Source: a virus (Duplodnaviria; Caudoviricetes). From it: 64,000 bases of DNA. The notes below the pieces were generated by a model. It ran no database searches. It worked only from the letters and a program-made list of their open reading frames with translations, and was not told where the DNA came from. The position numbers were made by a program, and so were the translations under genes. Below, piece by piece: positions 9,007 to 18,321 of the stretch. Positions within the stretch are counted from its first letter, which is position 1. Each line of letters opens with the position of its first letter. The DNA lies in the IMG/VR virus record IMGVR_UViG_3300021368_000002. One strand, 5' to 3'.

Positions 9007-9917
9007 GTTCTCATATGTGCCCATGCTTCGCCACTCTGCAATTCTTCAAAGTTCCAATGCGACATACTAAGACGCTCTAGCCATTTTTCTCTATTAAAGG
9101 TTTTAGGGCTTTCTATTAAAGAAAAGTCAGTATTACTTACTTCGTTACATTGGCTATATGTAGGATCGGTAAGAAAGCAATGACACCCTTCTACTATAGG
9201 ACCTACTGCTGCACTGCTGTTATGATTTACTACTGCATAGCAATTTTTGATAGCTTCGTACATAGGAACATTTAGATCGCTAAAAACAACATTATTAAAT
9301 CCTGCAAGAGTTTCTGCTTTATAATATTCTCTAAATTTTTTATCACCAGGATGTGGACGTATCACAATGCGCCTATCAGTATATGAGCGTATTTTAGAAA
9401 GCGTTTCTTTTATCCATGTAGAAACATCATAACCTTTCATACTCCATCCTCCTGTCCTTTGAACAAGTAATATTATTTCTGAACCTTTAGATGTGTATGG
9501 CTTTATATCGATTTTTAGATTTTGTTTTAATTTTTGCCATCTTTGCGGATTAGGATTAGTATCGCAATAAATTCCAGTTCGGGGAAATATTCCGTTAAAA
9601 CTATATCTTAAGTAAGTTCTTTTATTTTTTGGATCAGCAAATAAAAAACAATTTGCATCAGCAGTTACAACGTAGCGATTATTTTTAATTTGATAATCTA
9701 TAACGTTTTTTCTCAACCTTAAATGTGGAGTTGTAACTTGATCATAAACCCAACCTTGAATAACAGCAACATCGCAATCAACTGGTGTATTTGAATTTGA
9801 TAAATCTGCAGAATCACCGCAAGTAATTGCACCTTGTGCAAATCTATGTAGCAGCTCTGTCTTTTGATTATTACTATTTCTAGAAGGCACAGACCCTAAA
9901 TAACTAACTACTTTCAT
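8994..9917 (-). CDS. GT-B glycosyltransferase, KpsS/KpsC-like (paralog of 7271..8122)
   Basis: ILLVQR, IVIRPHP, VVNHNSSAAVGPIVEG, RE.WL..L. Confidence 0.6.
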   Translation of the reverse strand: MKVVSYLGSVPSRNSNNQKTELLHRFAQGAITCGDSADLSNSNTPVDCDVAVIQGWVYDQVTTPHLRLRKNVIDYQIKNNRYVVTADANCFLFADPKNKRTYLRYSFNGIFPRTGIYCDTNPNPQRWQKLKQNLKIDIKPYTSKGSEIILLVQRTGGWSMKGYDVSTWIKETLSKIRSYTDRRIVIRPHPGDKKFREYYKAETLAGFNNVVFSDLNVPMYEAIKNCYAVVNHNSSAAVGPIVEGCHCFLTDPTYSQCNEVSNTDFSLIESPKTFNREKWLERLSMSHWNFEELQSGEAWAHMRTYVQ

Positions 9918-11592
9918 TTAATACTTCCCATGCATAACCACTACGCATTTCTATTTCAGTAAATTGACAATAACTTAAATGAGCTGCAAAAGCCATTATG
10001 TCATCTTCGTATGGCATATACAAGTCGTTTAATTGATCTAATTTGGTATTACACAATACAGTTGCACTATTAGGTGCAAGTGCTATCGCAGGACATCCAT
10101 AGAGTAATGCTTCAGTTGCTGCAATACTATTATATGTTACTACAACATGAGCTTCGTCCATTGCTTTCCAAATAGTGTTTGTTGTAACTCTATCCGATCT
10201 TGAAGGTTTTTGTCTAACTATAATTTGTCTTGATGAATATTTTGATATTTCTGCTATGGTATCTTTTAACCATTTGTCTAAGTCTTGACCATAAAATTTC
10301 ATAACTTTTTCGCTTGGAGGACATATTAAAATTGTCTCTCCTTTTTTCTTTCTTGGTCTAAACTTGTATCTTAACTTTTCTAGTCTATCAAAAGGTCTTT
10401 CTATAATAGGACCAGGATGTTGTAACGCATTTTTTGTAACTCGATGATATTCTTTTTTTGTACCTGGTTGAATATATCCTGTATCAACAGCAAAAAAGTC
10501 TCTACCTTTTGTTCTACAATGTTTAAGAGCTTTTTGACTACTTCCTCCCAATCCTCTGATTACCATAGGAGTTTTTTCATTACTATCTATGTTTTTATCC
10601 CATTTTGTAATATGTCCTTGCGAACCATATGCAAAATTTGTTAACACTGGATCAAACTCTAAATTTTTATGCTCTAAATCAAAGTCTTCAGGATCAGGTG
10701 ATAGAACGATAGTTTTTGGTTTTTTCGTCATGTTATCTACCTTCATCTTTTTAAAAAAATCAAAATTAGGATCTATTGATTTATGAAGCTCATTACTTAA
10801 ATGATTTTTTAAATTTTCCGAAAATCCTATTTCTTCAAATTGTTTTTGTCTATTTTTTTCGGTTCGTAAGTTATCTCTTATAATTCTATTTTCTTTATCT
10901 TTGTATGAGATAGCAACTTGCAACCAATCATTACTATATTCGCAATCAGTATATTCATCAAACCAAGGTCCGCCTTCTGTATAATGTAATGCTTTAGGTT
11001 CGCCGTCTTCAGGTTCATTATACCATCCTACAAGCCAATTCCATTCATGCGACACTTCGCCTATTTCTGAATCGTCAAGCCAACTAAATCTATGTAGGTA
11101 TGCGCCGGTAGTATCTGGGTCATTTACAAGTTCTAAGTCTACTGCTTTATTACTAGGATGTCCGCAGTTCCATAATACCATACTTGACCAGTTTTTTCTT
11201 GGATAGACTGTTTGTTGTTGTCCATCCATTTTTGTTCCTTCTTTAGGAGTGTAATCGTGATGCGCACACATAACTGCATATCTATCATCACACTGATTAA
11301 TTAATTTTTTAATATCAGCTTTGAATAAAAAATCACAATCAATGAATAATGCCCAGCCATCATAATTGCATAAATGGGGAATTAAAAATCTTGTAAATGT
11401 AAACTCGGTACTAGCAAGGGCATCTATTTCTCGTGTATATAATCCCTTTGTTCGTAATTCTTTTTGTTTTATAGGTATAACTGTAACTGGTACAGTTGAC
11501 TTTTTCATAATGCTATGTTTTGCTACTTCATATGCTATATTTTCTCTACTGTCATAACCTACAAAGACCTTGAACGGTTTATTTCCTTTCAA
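9904..11592 (-). CDS. two-domain glycosyltransferase: N-terminal GT-A plus C-terminal KpsS/KpsC-like GT-B
   Basis: VFVGYDSRE, STEFTFTRF, FIDCDFL, YPRKNWSS, HYTEGGPWF; C-domain ILICPP, VTYNSIAATEALLYGCP; probable TTG start at 11592 behind GGAGG. Confidence 0.8.
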   Translation of the reverse strand: MKGNKPFKVFVGYDSRENIAYEVAKHSIMKKSTVPVTVIPIKQKELRTKGLYTREIDALASTEFTFTRFLIPHLCNYDGWALFIDCDFLFKADIKKLINQCDDRYAVMCAHHDYTPKEGTKMDGQQQTVYPRKNWSSMVLWNCGHPSNKAVDLELVNDPDTTGAYLHRFSWLDDSEIGEVSHEWNWLVGWYNEPEDGEPKALHYTEGGPWFDEYTDCEYSNDWLQVAISYKDKENRIIRDNLRTEKNRQKQFEEIGFSENLKNHLSNELHKSIDPNFDFFKKMKVDNMTKKPKTIVLSPDPEDFDLEHKNLEFDPVLTNFAYGSQGHITKWDKNIDSNEKTPMVIRGLGGSSQKALKHCRTKGRDFFAVDTGYIQPGTKKEYHRVTKNALQHPGPIIERPFDRLEKLRYKFRPRKKKGETILICPPSEKVMKFYGQDLDKWLKDTIAEISKYSSRQIIVRQKPSRSDRVTTNTIWKAMDEAHVVVTYNSIAATEALLYGCPAIALAPNSATVLCNTKLDQLNDLYMPYEDDIMAFAAHLSYCQFTEIEMRSGYAWEVLNESS

Positions 11593-12349
11593 TATCTTCC
11601 TCCACACAATTTGTTCCGTACTGTATTTCTATTAATTTCAAAGGTTGTTGGCTTTCATTGCAAAGTTGATGCCATTGTCCTTGATGTATATGCAACGACT
11701 CATGTTCTTTATATCTGCCGTATAATTCTATATCTGTTGATGCATTTAATGTATAAACAGTTGCTTCTCCCTCATCAACAAACCAGTGTTCTGCCCTATG
11801 TTTGTGCCTTTGCATAGACAACCTCTGTCCTGGTTCGACTGTTAATTCTTTTACCTTAACTTCTTTTCTCGGTTCATGTAACACTCTATAATACCCCCAA
11901 TTTCTTATAGTCTTAGGTGCTTTCCATTCGTCTAGCAACCAACTTGAAGAATTTTTTTTGTCAGTACCTCCTACACCAAATGCAAATTGAACATTTGGCA
12001 TATCCCCGTATGTTTTATATTCTGGAGTTGTGAAGTCTGTGCGATCTCCGCCATTGGCGAAAATTATTTTTTTTCTGCCGTTAGTGGCCATCGTTTTATA
12101 AATGGCTCCACACGCAGTACCATCTTTGTCATCGAAGCTGAGGACTCTATCTACAACATCTAATTGTTCTATTACACTTACTCTATCCTTAAAAGGCATA
12201 AAAGGTCTGCCCTTTTTATTAGTAAGCCATTCGTCAGAGTTAACCCCAACGTGGAGTTCATCTCCTAACTTTTTTGCTTCTTTAAAATATTCAATATGAC
12301 CGTGATGAAGTGGATCAAATCCACCTGTGACAAGAACTATGGTTTTCAT
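11579..12349 (-). CDS. cytidylyltransferase-family domain fused to a type II mannose-6-phosphate isomerase-like cupin
   Basis: TGGFDPLHHGH (HxGH), GVNSD, ANGGDR; C-terminal WGYY..PGQRLSMQRHKHRAEHW. Confidence 0.85.
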   Translation of the reverse strand: MKTIVLVTGGFDPLHHGHIEYFKEAKKLGDELHVGVNSDEWLTNKKGRPFMPFKDRVSVIEQLDVVDRVLSFDDKDGTACGAIYKTMATNGRKKIIFANGGDRTDFTTPEYKTYGDMPNVQFAFGVGGTDKKNSSSWLLDEWKAPKTIRNWGYYRVLHEPRKEVKVKELTVEPGQRLSMQRHKHRAEHWFVDEGEATVYTLNASTDIELYGRYKEHESLHIHQGQWHQLCNESQQPLKLIEIQYGTNCVEEDIERK

Positions 12350-12354
12350 GTACG

Positions 12355-12360
12355 TATTTA
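12355..12360 (-). promoter_or_regulatory. late-type promoter TAAATA, 5 nt before ATG
   Basis: gtTAAATAcgtacATG; no Shine-Dalgarno. Confidence 0.6.
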
Positions 12361-12364
12361 ACTG

Positions 12365-12985
12365 TTACCAGCCAAATATGTAATCTTTTCTGATGTTGGT
12401 GATTTCTACTGCGCCTAAACTTTTTAAGTATGTTCCTGCACAGTATTCTGATTCAGGATGCTGTTCTACAACTACAATAGGTTTATATTTTTTGATTGTT
12501 TCTACCCCGCCTTTAATGACTTCTAATTCGTGACCTTCACAATCTATTTTAATAAGTCCAAAAGTTGGTAGATTCAAATCGTCCATTCTACGTATATCTA
12601 TATTGCCTGTGCCAATTTCGCTTACATAACTGCTTCCGGTATTTTCGCTATCGTATATCATTTCTACTTTATCGTTTACACTGCCTAAAGCAAATTTATG
12701 AACTTCTACAGGTAGGCCTTCTACGTTTAATTCTAAACATTTATAAACTTGGGGCAGTGGTTCGAAAGATTTAACGTGTGCAAATTTACTTGCTAATGGT
12801 CTTGCCCATAATCCAACATTTGCACCTACATCTATTGCTAAAGAAAAATCTTTAACATATCTGTATGCTTCATCTCTAACATCATCTTGATACTCTGGAG
12901 GGCCGCCTTTTGATATTCTTTTCGCAATAAGTCTTTCGAAATGATTATCGCTATCTGGCATATAATAATTATAAACTTTTTTCAT
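12365..12985 (-). CDS. FkbM-family SAM methyltransferase
   Basis: IDVGANVG, SFEP, LIKIDCEGHE; start placed at MKKVY. Confidence 0.88.
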   Translation of the reverse strand: MKKVYNYYMPDSDNHFERLIAKRISKGGPPEYQDDVRDEAYRYVKDFSLAIDVGANVGLWARPLASKFAHVKSFEPLPQVYKCLELNVEGLPVEVHKFALGSVNDKVEMIYDSENTGSSYVSEIGTGNIDIRRMDDLNLPTFGLIKIDCEGHELEVIKGGVETIKKYKPIVVVEQHPESEYCAGTYLKSLGAVEITNIRKDYIFGW

Positions 12986-13532
12986 TTTCGAGGACAACAA
13001 TATATTTTATCACATGGACAGGTGGACCTTTTTTTACTTTTGCAACAAAGTCTTTTATATCTTCCTCTACTATTTTCCAGCCTTCTAATTTTTCAATTTT
13101 GTTTTTCCACCATTCTGGGTTTTCAATAATTAGATGTGCATTACGTCCATCACTTAATGCTTTTTTTGCTGGATGACAGGCAATTAAATGATACTGATAT
13201 TTCGATGCTCTATTACAAAGATCTTGTAAAGTTTCATCTATAAGATCAGGTTCGACGTGTTCTAATACATCGCTACTATAAATGAAATCAACCTTTTCTG
13301 GTAGTTCAATAGGAAATGTAACCGGATCGTAAGTATACAATTCAATGTCAGGAAAACGTTCTTTTATACCTGCACTTGTTTTTCCTTGTCCTGCTCCGAA
13401 ATCTAACATACTGGAAATGTTGCCGCTTGATAGCAATTTTTTAACAGATAGAGGAACGGTTTTACCTTTTCCGAAAGTTTTTCTATCGTGCAGTATTTCT
13501 AATTCTTTTTTATATTCTTCACTTAATGCCAT
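12969..13532 (-). CDS. class I SAM-dependent methyltransferase
   Basis: MLDFGAGQG, YDP, SSDVLEHV. Confidence 0.85.
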   Translation of the reverse strand: MALSEEYKKELEILHDRKTFGKGKTVPLSVKKLLSSGNISSMLDFGAGQGKTSAGIKERFPDIELYTYDPVTFPIELPEKVDFIYSSDVLEHVEPDLIDETLQDLCNRASKYQYHLIACHPAKKALSDGRNAHLIIENPEWWKNKIEKLEGWKIVEEDIKDFVAKVKKGPPVHVIKYIVVLENEKSL

Positions 13533-13987
13533 TACAATGTTGCATCCTCCATACCTGCTACTCTTAGCTTTACAACATTAGTTATCTGCCATTGCTTCTG
13601 ATCAAGTGCCTTTAGGACTCCTAACCACTTATTACGTAATAAAGCAAATTCGTTAATAATTTTTTCATAGTCAACAACGTCTGCCTCACCGTCAACGTAT
13701 TTTTCAACGTCACGGCTAGACAGAGCTCGTTGATAGTTTTCGAGATATTTTTTGAAGAAAGAGCTACGCAACCTACGTAGCTCAATATTTAAGTAATTTA
13801 GGATTGCTTCAATCTCTTGAAGCTGATTAAATCGATGTTCAACAATGCCAGGCATTGCTGCCGCCGCACGTTCAACATTACCAGTAAGTTTACATTCAAT
13901 CCTTGCATCATTTAGCTCAGATTCAAAGTATGCAATCGCATTAGGTATTTCTCCTATATTGCGTGAAACCTTACTGTACCAACCCAT
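13532..13987 (-). CDS. uvsY: UvsY recombination mediator
   Basis: Helical protein with YVDGEADVV and KALDQKQWQITNVVKLRVAGMED, next to uvsX. Confidence 0.8.
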   Translation of the reverse strand: MGWYSKVSRNIGEIPNAIAYFESELNDARIECKLTGNVERAAAAMPGIVEHRFNQLQEIEAILNYLNIELRRLRSSFFKKYLENYQRALSSRDVEKYVDGEADVVDYEKIINEFALLRNKWLGVLKALDQKQWQITNVVKLRVAGMEDATL

Positions 13988-14224
13988 TTAGTCATCCCAT
14001 TCATCAATTTCATCGTCAAACATTTCGACAGTTTCGATATCTAGATAATAGTTTATAGCATTATCTAAGTAAGCATCAGTGCCTAAACATTCTTGAAATG
14101 TTTCATCAGCGACACCATAATCTGCTAATAGATCAACATACTTTTCTGCTGCCAAATCTATATGTTTTTTATCTAAAAACTCTTTCATAGTCATCCAGAC
14201 ATCGGATATTTGCGATTCGTCCAT
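13988..14224 (-). CDS. small acidic protein (78 aa, about 31% Asp+Glu)
   Basis: Fills the gap between uvsX and uvsY exactly. Confidence 0.7.
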   Translation of the reverse strand: MDESQISDVWMTMKEFLDKKHIDLAAEKYVDLLADYGVADETFQECLGTDAYLDNAINYYLDIETVEMFDDEIDEWDD

Positions 14225-14227
14225 AGT

Positions 14228-15307
14228 TTACTCCTCGACTAGGTCTTCTTCGATATTAACCTCAATATCGTCAGCGGTATTTACCACAGCTGACTCTTTT
14301 TCGAGATAATCTGACATAACCTTATCGAGCAATTCACCTTTCCAGTTTTTACGATATTCAAGAAGTTCTTCACCGTCTAGTGTAGTGTACTTTAACCTAT
14401 TACCAGACTTTTCAATTACACCTTTTGATTCAAAAAGCTCAAGTAGTCCACTGTAAGGATTCATACCTGTTTCGTATGGAATCTTTACTTGTACACCTTC
14501 AAACGGTTTAGCGTATCTAGTCTTCATAACCTTACAGCCAGCACGAATACCCATAACTTGACTGATCTTGTTGCCATCTTCATCTTCTTTTAGTTTTAGT
14601 TTTTTCATTGCTACAACAATTGAAGATGCATAGATAAAGCCTTGACCACCTGAAATCTTATCATCTGGATCGAACATATCTTGGGATGCATATGTGTGGT
14701 TAGTACATACAAGTCCTACGTTGTGTGAGCCGATCATATTAACAGTGTTACGAACAAGTGCAGTCAATGCTTTAGGCTTACGACCCATATCACCTTTCAT
14801 ATCACCTTTGTTAAACTGATCAACATCGGTGGGTGTTAATAACATACCCAAACTGTCAATTACAAATAACACCTTAGGGCGTTCTTCTTCAGGCATTGCT
14901 TTGTAGTCTGTCATAAACACACTAATAGTTTTAGCAACGTCATCGATCATTGACATATTAAGTTTAAGTAGTTTATCTTCTGACGTGTCAACGTCGAGTG
15001 CGTGTAGCCAACTTTCGTCAAGTGCATTTTCCGAGTCAATAAGGACTACAAAAATACCTTGCTGTTGTGCATACTTTACAATATTACCTGCACAAATATA
15101 AGATTTGCCTGCACCTGATTCGCCTGCAAACACAGTTACCTTGCCCATTGGAACACCTTTGTTCCAATCACCTGAAATAAGATAATTCAATGCATAGTTA
15201 CCTGTGCTAATCCAATCAGTTGGATCATTAAATCCTGCACTCATGCCTGTAATAGATTTAGTCAATTGTGTCCGAAACTTGCTCGGATCAAATGCCTTTA
15301 CTGCCAT
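14228..15307 (-). CDS. uvsX: UvsX/RecA-like recombinase
   Basis: ISTGNYALN, AGESGAGKS, VIDSLG, GDMG, TNHTY, SGGQG. Confidence 0.93.
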   Translation of the reverse strand: MAVKAFDPSKFRTQLTKSITGMSAGFNDPTDWISTGNYALNYLISGDWNKGVPMGKVTVFAGESGAGKSYICAGNIVKYAQQQGIFVVLIDSENALDESWLHALDVDTSEDKLLKLNMSMIDDVAKTISVFMTDYKAMPEEERPKVLFVIDSLGMLLTPTDVDQFNKGDMKGDMGRKPKALTALVRNTVNMIGSHNVGLVCTNHTYASQDMFDPDDKISGGQGFIYASSIVVAMKKLKLKEDEDGNKISQVMGIRAGCKVMKTRYAKPFEGVQVKIPYETGMNPYSGLLELFESKGVIEKSGNRLKYTTLDGEELLEYRKNWKGELLDKVMSDYLEKESAVVNTADDIEVNIEEDLVEE

Positions 15308-15328
15308 TAATTTCTCCTATAAAGCCTA

Positions 15329-15350
15329 AGTAGGGGATTGCTCCCCTACT
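15329..15350 (-). terminator. hairpin between gp32 and uvsX (terminator/attenuator or RNA stabiliser)
   Basis: agtagggga-ttgc-tcccctact, perfect 9-bp stem; U-tract weak. Confidence 0.55.
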
Positions 15351-15360
15351 GTTGTATATA

Positions 15361-16368
15361 TTACTGTCCTTGTCTTGCACGGATCATTGCGAGAATGTCC
15401 TGTGCATTGCCGTCACCTGCTGGAGCTTCTTCAGCTGCTGGTGCTGCTGCTGGAGCAACATCTTGCCAACCTGTATCAGTTGTAGTTTCAGCTACTGGTG
15501 CTGGTGCTGGTGCTGGAGCACTTTGGCTTACAGCAGTTGCTTGTGGACTTGCTGTTACGTTAGGATCGCCTGTACGTGCTGCCATACCTGCCGGACGGAA
15601 ATATTGACCCCAACGATCTGCATCATATGCTTCACCGTCAACTGACGCTTCAAACATTTCTTGCATTACTTTGACTTCAACTTCCCCTGGCTTCTTAGGA
15701 AGAAACTCTGACAAATTAAACAAGCCATGTGTTTCAATAGCTTTCATTTCAGCATCGCCTAATGGACGCTCTCTACGTGCCCAATTAGAAGTGCTATAAT
15801 CAGCATATCCGCCTTTTGAAGTTTTATTAAGACGGAAGTCTACACCAGCAGTATAATCTGTTGGTAGCTCTTCCATATCAGGATCCATAAGTGCCTGCTT
15901 AATAATTTGAAAAATTTGCGGACCAATAATGAAGCGTCTGATCGGATTCTCAGGTGCTTCGTCATCCGCTAGTGGATTGTCCGTTACAAAACCTTGGAAG
16001 ATATAAGAACGCTTTTTCCAATACTTACGACCCATATCTTCAAGACTTGGATCTTTAAACCAGCCACGTACTTCGTTAAGAATATTACAAGTATCTCCAT
16101 ACATTTCCATACATGGAACTTGTACTTGTACGGGCTTACTACTAGTTTCGCCTTTTACACCAGCAAATGGAAGTTTAATCATTAAACGCTCAACCCAAAA
16201 GAAGTCTGCGTTAGGATTTCCATCAGGAAGGAATCGGAGTGTTGCACTCTCGCCTTCTTTGATATTCCAAAATGGGTAAATTGGGCTAGGACCACTTGGT
16301 CCAGTATTGCCAGATGAGCGATTCTCTTGCTCTTTTAGTTTTGCACGAATTTCTGCTAATGTTGCCAT
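15361..16368 (-). CDS. T4 gp32-like single-stranded DNA binding protein
   Basis: MATLAEIRAKL, LRFLPD, YWKKRSY, DYTAGVDF, GYADYSTS; Ala/Pro linker. Confidence 0.9.
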   Translation of the reverse strand: MATLAEIRAKLKEQENRSSGNTGPSGPSPIYPFWNIKEGESATLRFLPDGNPNADFFWVERLMIKLPFAGVKGETSSKPVQVQVPCMEMYGDTCNILNEVRGWFKDPSLEDMGRKYWKKRSYIFQGFVTDNPLADDEAPENPIRRFIIGPQIFQIIKQALMDPDMEELPTDYTAGVDFRLNKTSKGGYADYSTSNWARRERPLGDAEMKAIETHGLFNLSEFLPKKPGEVEVKVMQEMFEASVDGEAYDADRWGQYFRPAGMAARTGDPNVTASPQATAVSQSAPAPAPAPVAETTTDTGWQDVAPAAAPAAEEAPAGDGNAQDILAMIRARQGQ

Positions 16369-16424
16369 AGTTATGCCTCCTTATAAATGCCTATGTTGTG
16401 TGCCTTTTTTTCAAGCACAGTCTT

Positions 16425-16453
16425 ATATTACTATAGAACTGTGCTTATGTCAA
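16425..16453 (-). promoter_or_regulatory. sigma70-type promoter TTGACA-17-TAATAT with upstream A-tracts, inside a palindrome
   Basis: Seen directly; 9-bp arms at 16413-16421 and 16438-16446 flank the -10 box. Confidence 0.75.
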
Positions 16454-16472
16454 GTGTTTTTTTTAATTTTTT

Positions 16473-18311
16473 TTACATTCCTGCAAGTGCAAGAATATCG
16501 TTTTGTTCTTGATTCATACGTTCGTGTGTAACAAATGTTTCATGAACTTTTTCTATGAATGCCATTGCTGGCTTTACATAATTGTCTCCATAGTCTTTTT
16601 CGACCATAGTAAGTATGGCTGTTTCTCCTTTTGGGAAACTACCTGTTTCTCTATCATAGTATGATAGAATAAATTCGCCTAATGGTGTCTTTTGATCTTT
16701 TTCAATAGTAATATCATCTTCATCATCGTCTGGATGATCAATCTTGTCACCTTTTTTAGCACCGTTCATTTTAGCTTGTCTAACTGCGTGTGCGTATGCA
16801 TTACCTTCTTCAATACCCATATTAGCAAGTAGCTCAGGCACTAGTTCTGCAGGATCAGTTTCACCATCGTTAAATGTTTTGCCTTTTTCAGTTGCTAGTT
16901 GTTCTAGCTCACCGTATAAAAACTTACCTTCTGGACCATCTTTGTCAATTAAATCCATAACCATTTGTTCTGGATCGTCAGCATTTGCAATCATATCTAT
17001 AATTGCTTTTACATTTGACTCACTAAACTGACCCATTAGCTCTTCTATTGTATCTTCTAGTTCTTCGTCTACTGACTTTGCTTTTTTCTTTTTACGCTCT
17101 TTTGCTTCTGCATCTGCTTTAGCATTTCCTGCTTTTTTCATTGCTGCTATACCTGGGCTATCTGCTTCCATAATATCTGGAACACCATTGCCGTTCTCGT
17201 CTCTCCACCATGAACCTGTTTCATCGTGTGAATCGTGTTCGCAGTTACAATCTGGCTTACAGTTATGCATTTGGCAACCGCAATCTTTGCAGTGATATTT
17301 TTCGTATCCTGCCATATGTGCCTCACCTAGTAAATCATCTGGACCTAGTTCAACTGCCTTAGTGCCTTCTTTAACTAGATTGTAAATGTATGGGAAGATG
17401 TCTTGTAGTTCTTCATTAAATTGTTTGATAGTTAATTCGTCAATCCAATTTTCAGCAACGTCACTTGGTACATCTTCTAGTACTGGGGGATTAAACGATT
17501 CAAATGTTTCCTTGTAATATGCTGGCTTTTGTAAACTTTCAATTGTCTTTTTAACTGTAGCAATACGCTCTTTTACCACATCCATGTATCCTGCAAGACT
17601 TTCTGCCATTACTGCTGAACGTCCCATGTAAGTTTTAAACTTACGTAATTTTGATAACTCTTCACTAAGTCCTACAATATGCTTACCAAAATCATCATAA
17701 GCATTGCCGCCTTCTGCTACGTGACGAGCCATTGCTCTAGCACCACTTAGATGTTTAAATGGATACTTAAATCTTTCACCTTCTGGAGACTCTATATAAA
17801 TCTTTCCGATTTTTTGAGTGCGTCCTGTGGCACTTTCTTGATTTATACTTTCGGTATGCTTTAGAATAATACGTGCATTATCTACATTTTGATAACTTAC
17901 CTTACTTGTACCGTATAATTTTGATTCGTTCATGGTGTCCTCTCCGGCAGCGTTTTTTGCTAGAAAATTATAATCTCTTTTTGTTAAATTACTCTTTGTA
18001 ATATCCCTAGTATCAAAATTTAAAAGTCTCTTTTTTGCAAACTGTCTTAGTTCTCTTAAAAAGTTATACCAGTCTTTTAATTCTGATTCACTTTCTCCTG
18101 CTAAAATATCTGCACCGTGCATTACAACAAGTCCATTGTCTTCTGATAAACTAAGGCTTACTTTGCCTTTGTTTTTATAATCAAATTCAATAAATCTTGC
18201 TTCAGATGGATTATTGGTTATCATGCCTTCTTCAGTGCCTATAGTAACACTTGGAAATCTTCCTCTAATCTTGGCAAAAAGCTCTTCACTTATTTTATCT
18301 AGGTTCTGCAT
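16473..18311 (-). CDS. modular virion (probably internal head) protein
   Basis: Start MQNLDK at 18311 behind TAAATA; acidic, with repeated hydrophobic-x-Glu sites and a Cys/His-rich insert. Confidence 0.6.
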   Translation of the reverse strand: MQNLDKISEELFAKIRGRFPSVTIGTEEGMITNNPSEARFIEFDYKNKGKVSLSLSEDNGLVVMHGADILAGESESELKDWYNFLRELRQFAKKRLLNFDTRDITKSNLTKRDYNFLAKNAAGEDTMNESKLYGTSKVSYQNVDNARIILKHTESINQESATGRTQKIGKIYIESPEGERFKYPFKHLSGARAMARHVAEGGNAYDDFGKHIVGLSEELSKLRKFKTYMGRSAVMAESLAGYMDVVKERIATVKKTIESLQKPAYYKETFESFNPPVLEDVPSDVAENWIDELTIKQFNEELQDIFPYIYNLVKEGTKAVELGPDDLLGEAHMAGYEKYHCKDCGCQMHNCKPDCNCEHDSHDETGSWWRDENGNGVPDIMEADSPGIAAMKKAGNAKADAEAKERKKKKAKSVDEELEDTIEELMGQFSESNVKAIIDMIANADDPEQMVMDLIDKDGPEGKFLYGELEQLATEKGKTFNDGETDPAELVPELLANMGIEEGNAYAHAVRQAKMNGAKKGDKIDHPDDDEDDITIEKDQKTPLGEFILSYYDRETGSFPKGETAILTMVEKDYGDNYVKPAMAFIEKVHETFVTHERMNQEQNDILALAGM

Positions 18312-18315
18312 ATTG

Positions 18316-18321
18316 TATTTA
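18316..18321 (-). promoter_or_regulatory. late-type promoter TAAATA, 4 nt before ATG
   Basis: gaTAAATAcaatATG. Confidence 0.65.

Noticed and set aside
15352-15645. Plus-strand Cys/Trp-rich ORF (CWCWCW)
   Set aside because: Antisense shadow of the Ala/Pro codon repeats in the gp32 linker; no promoter or ribosome-binding site.
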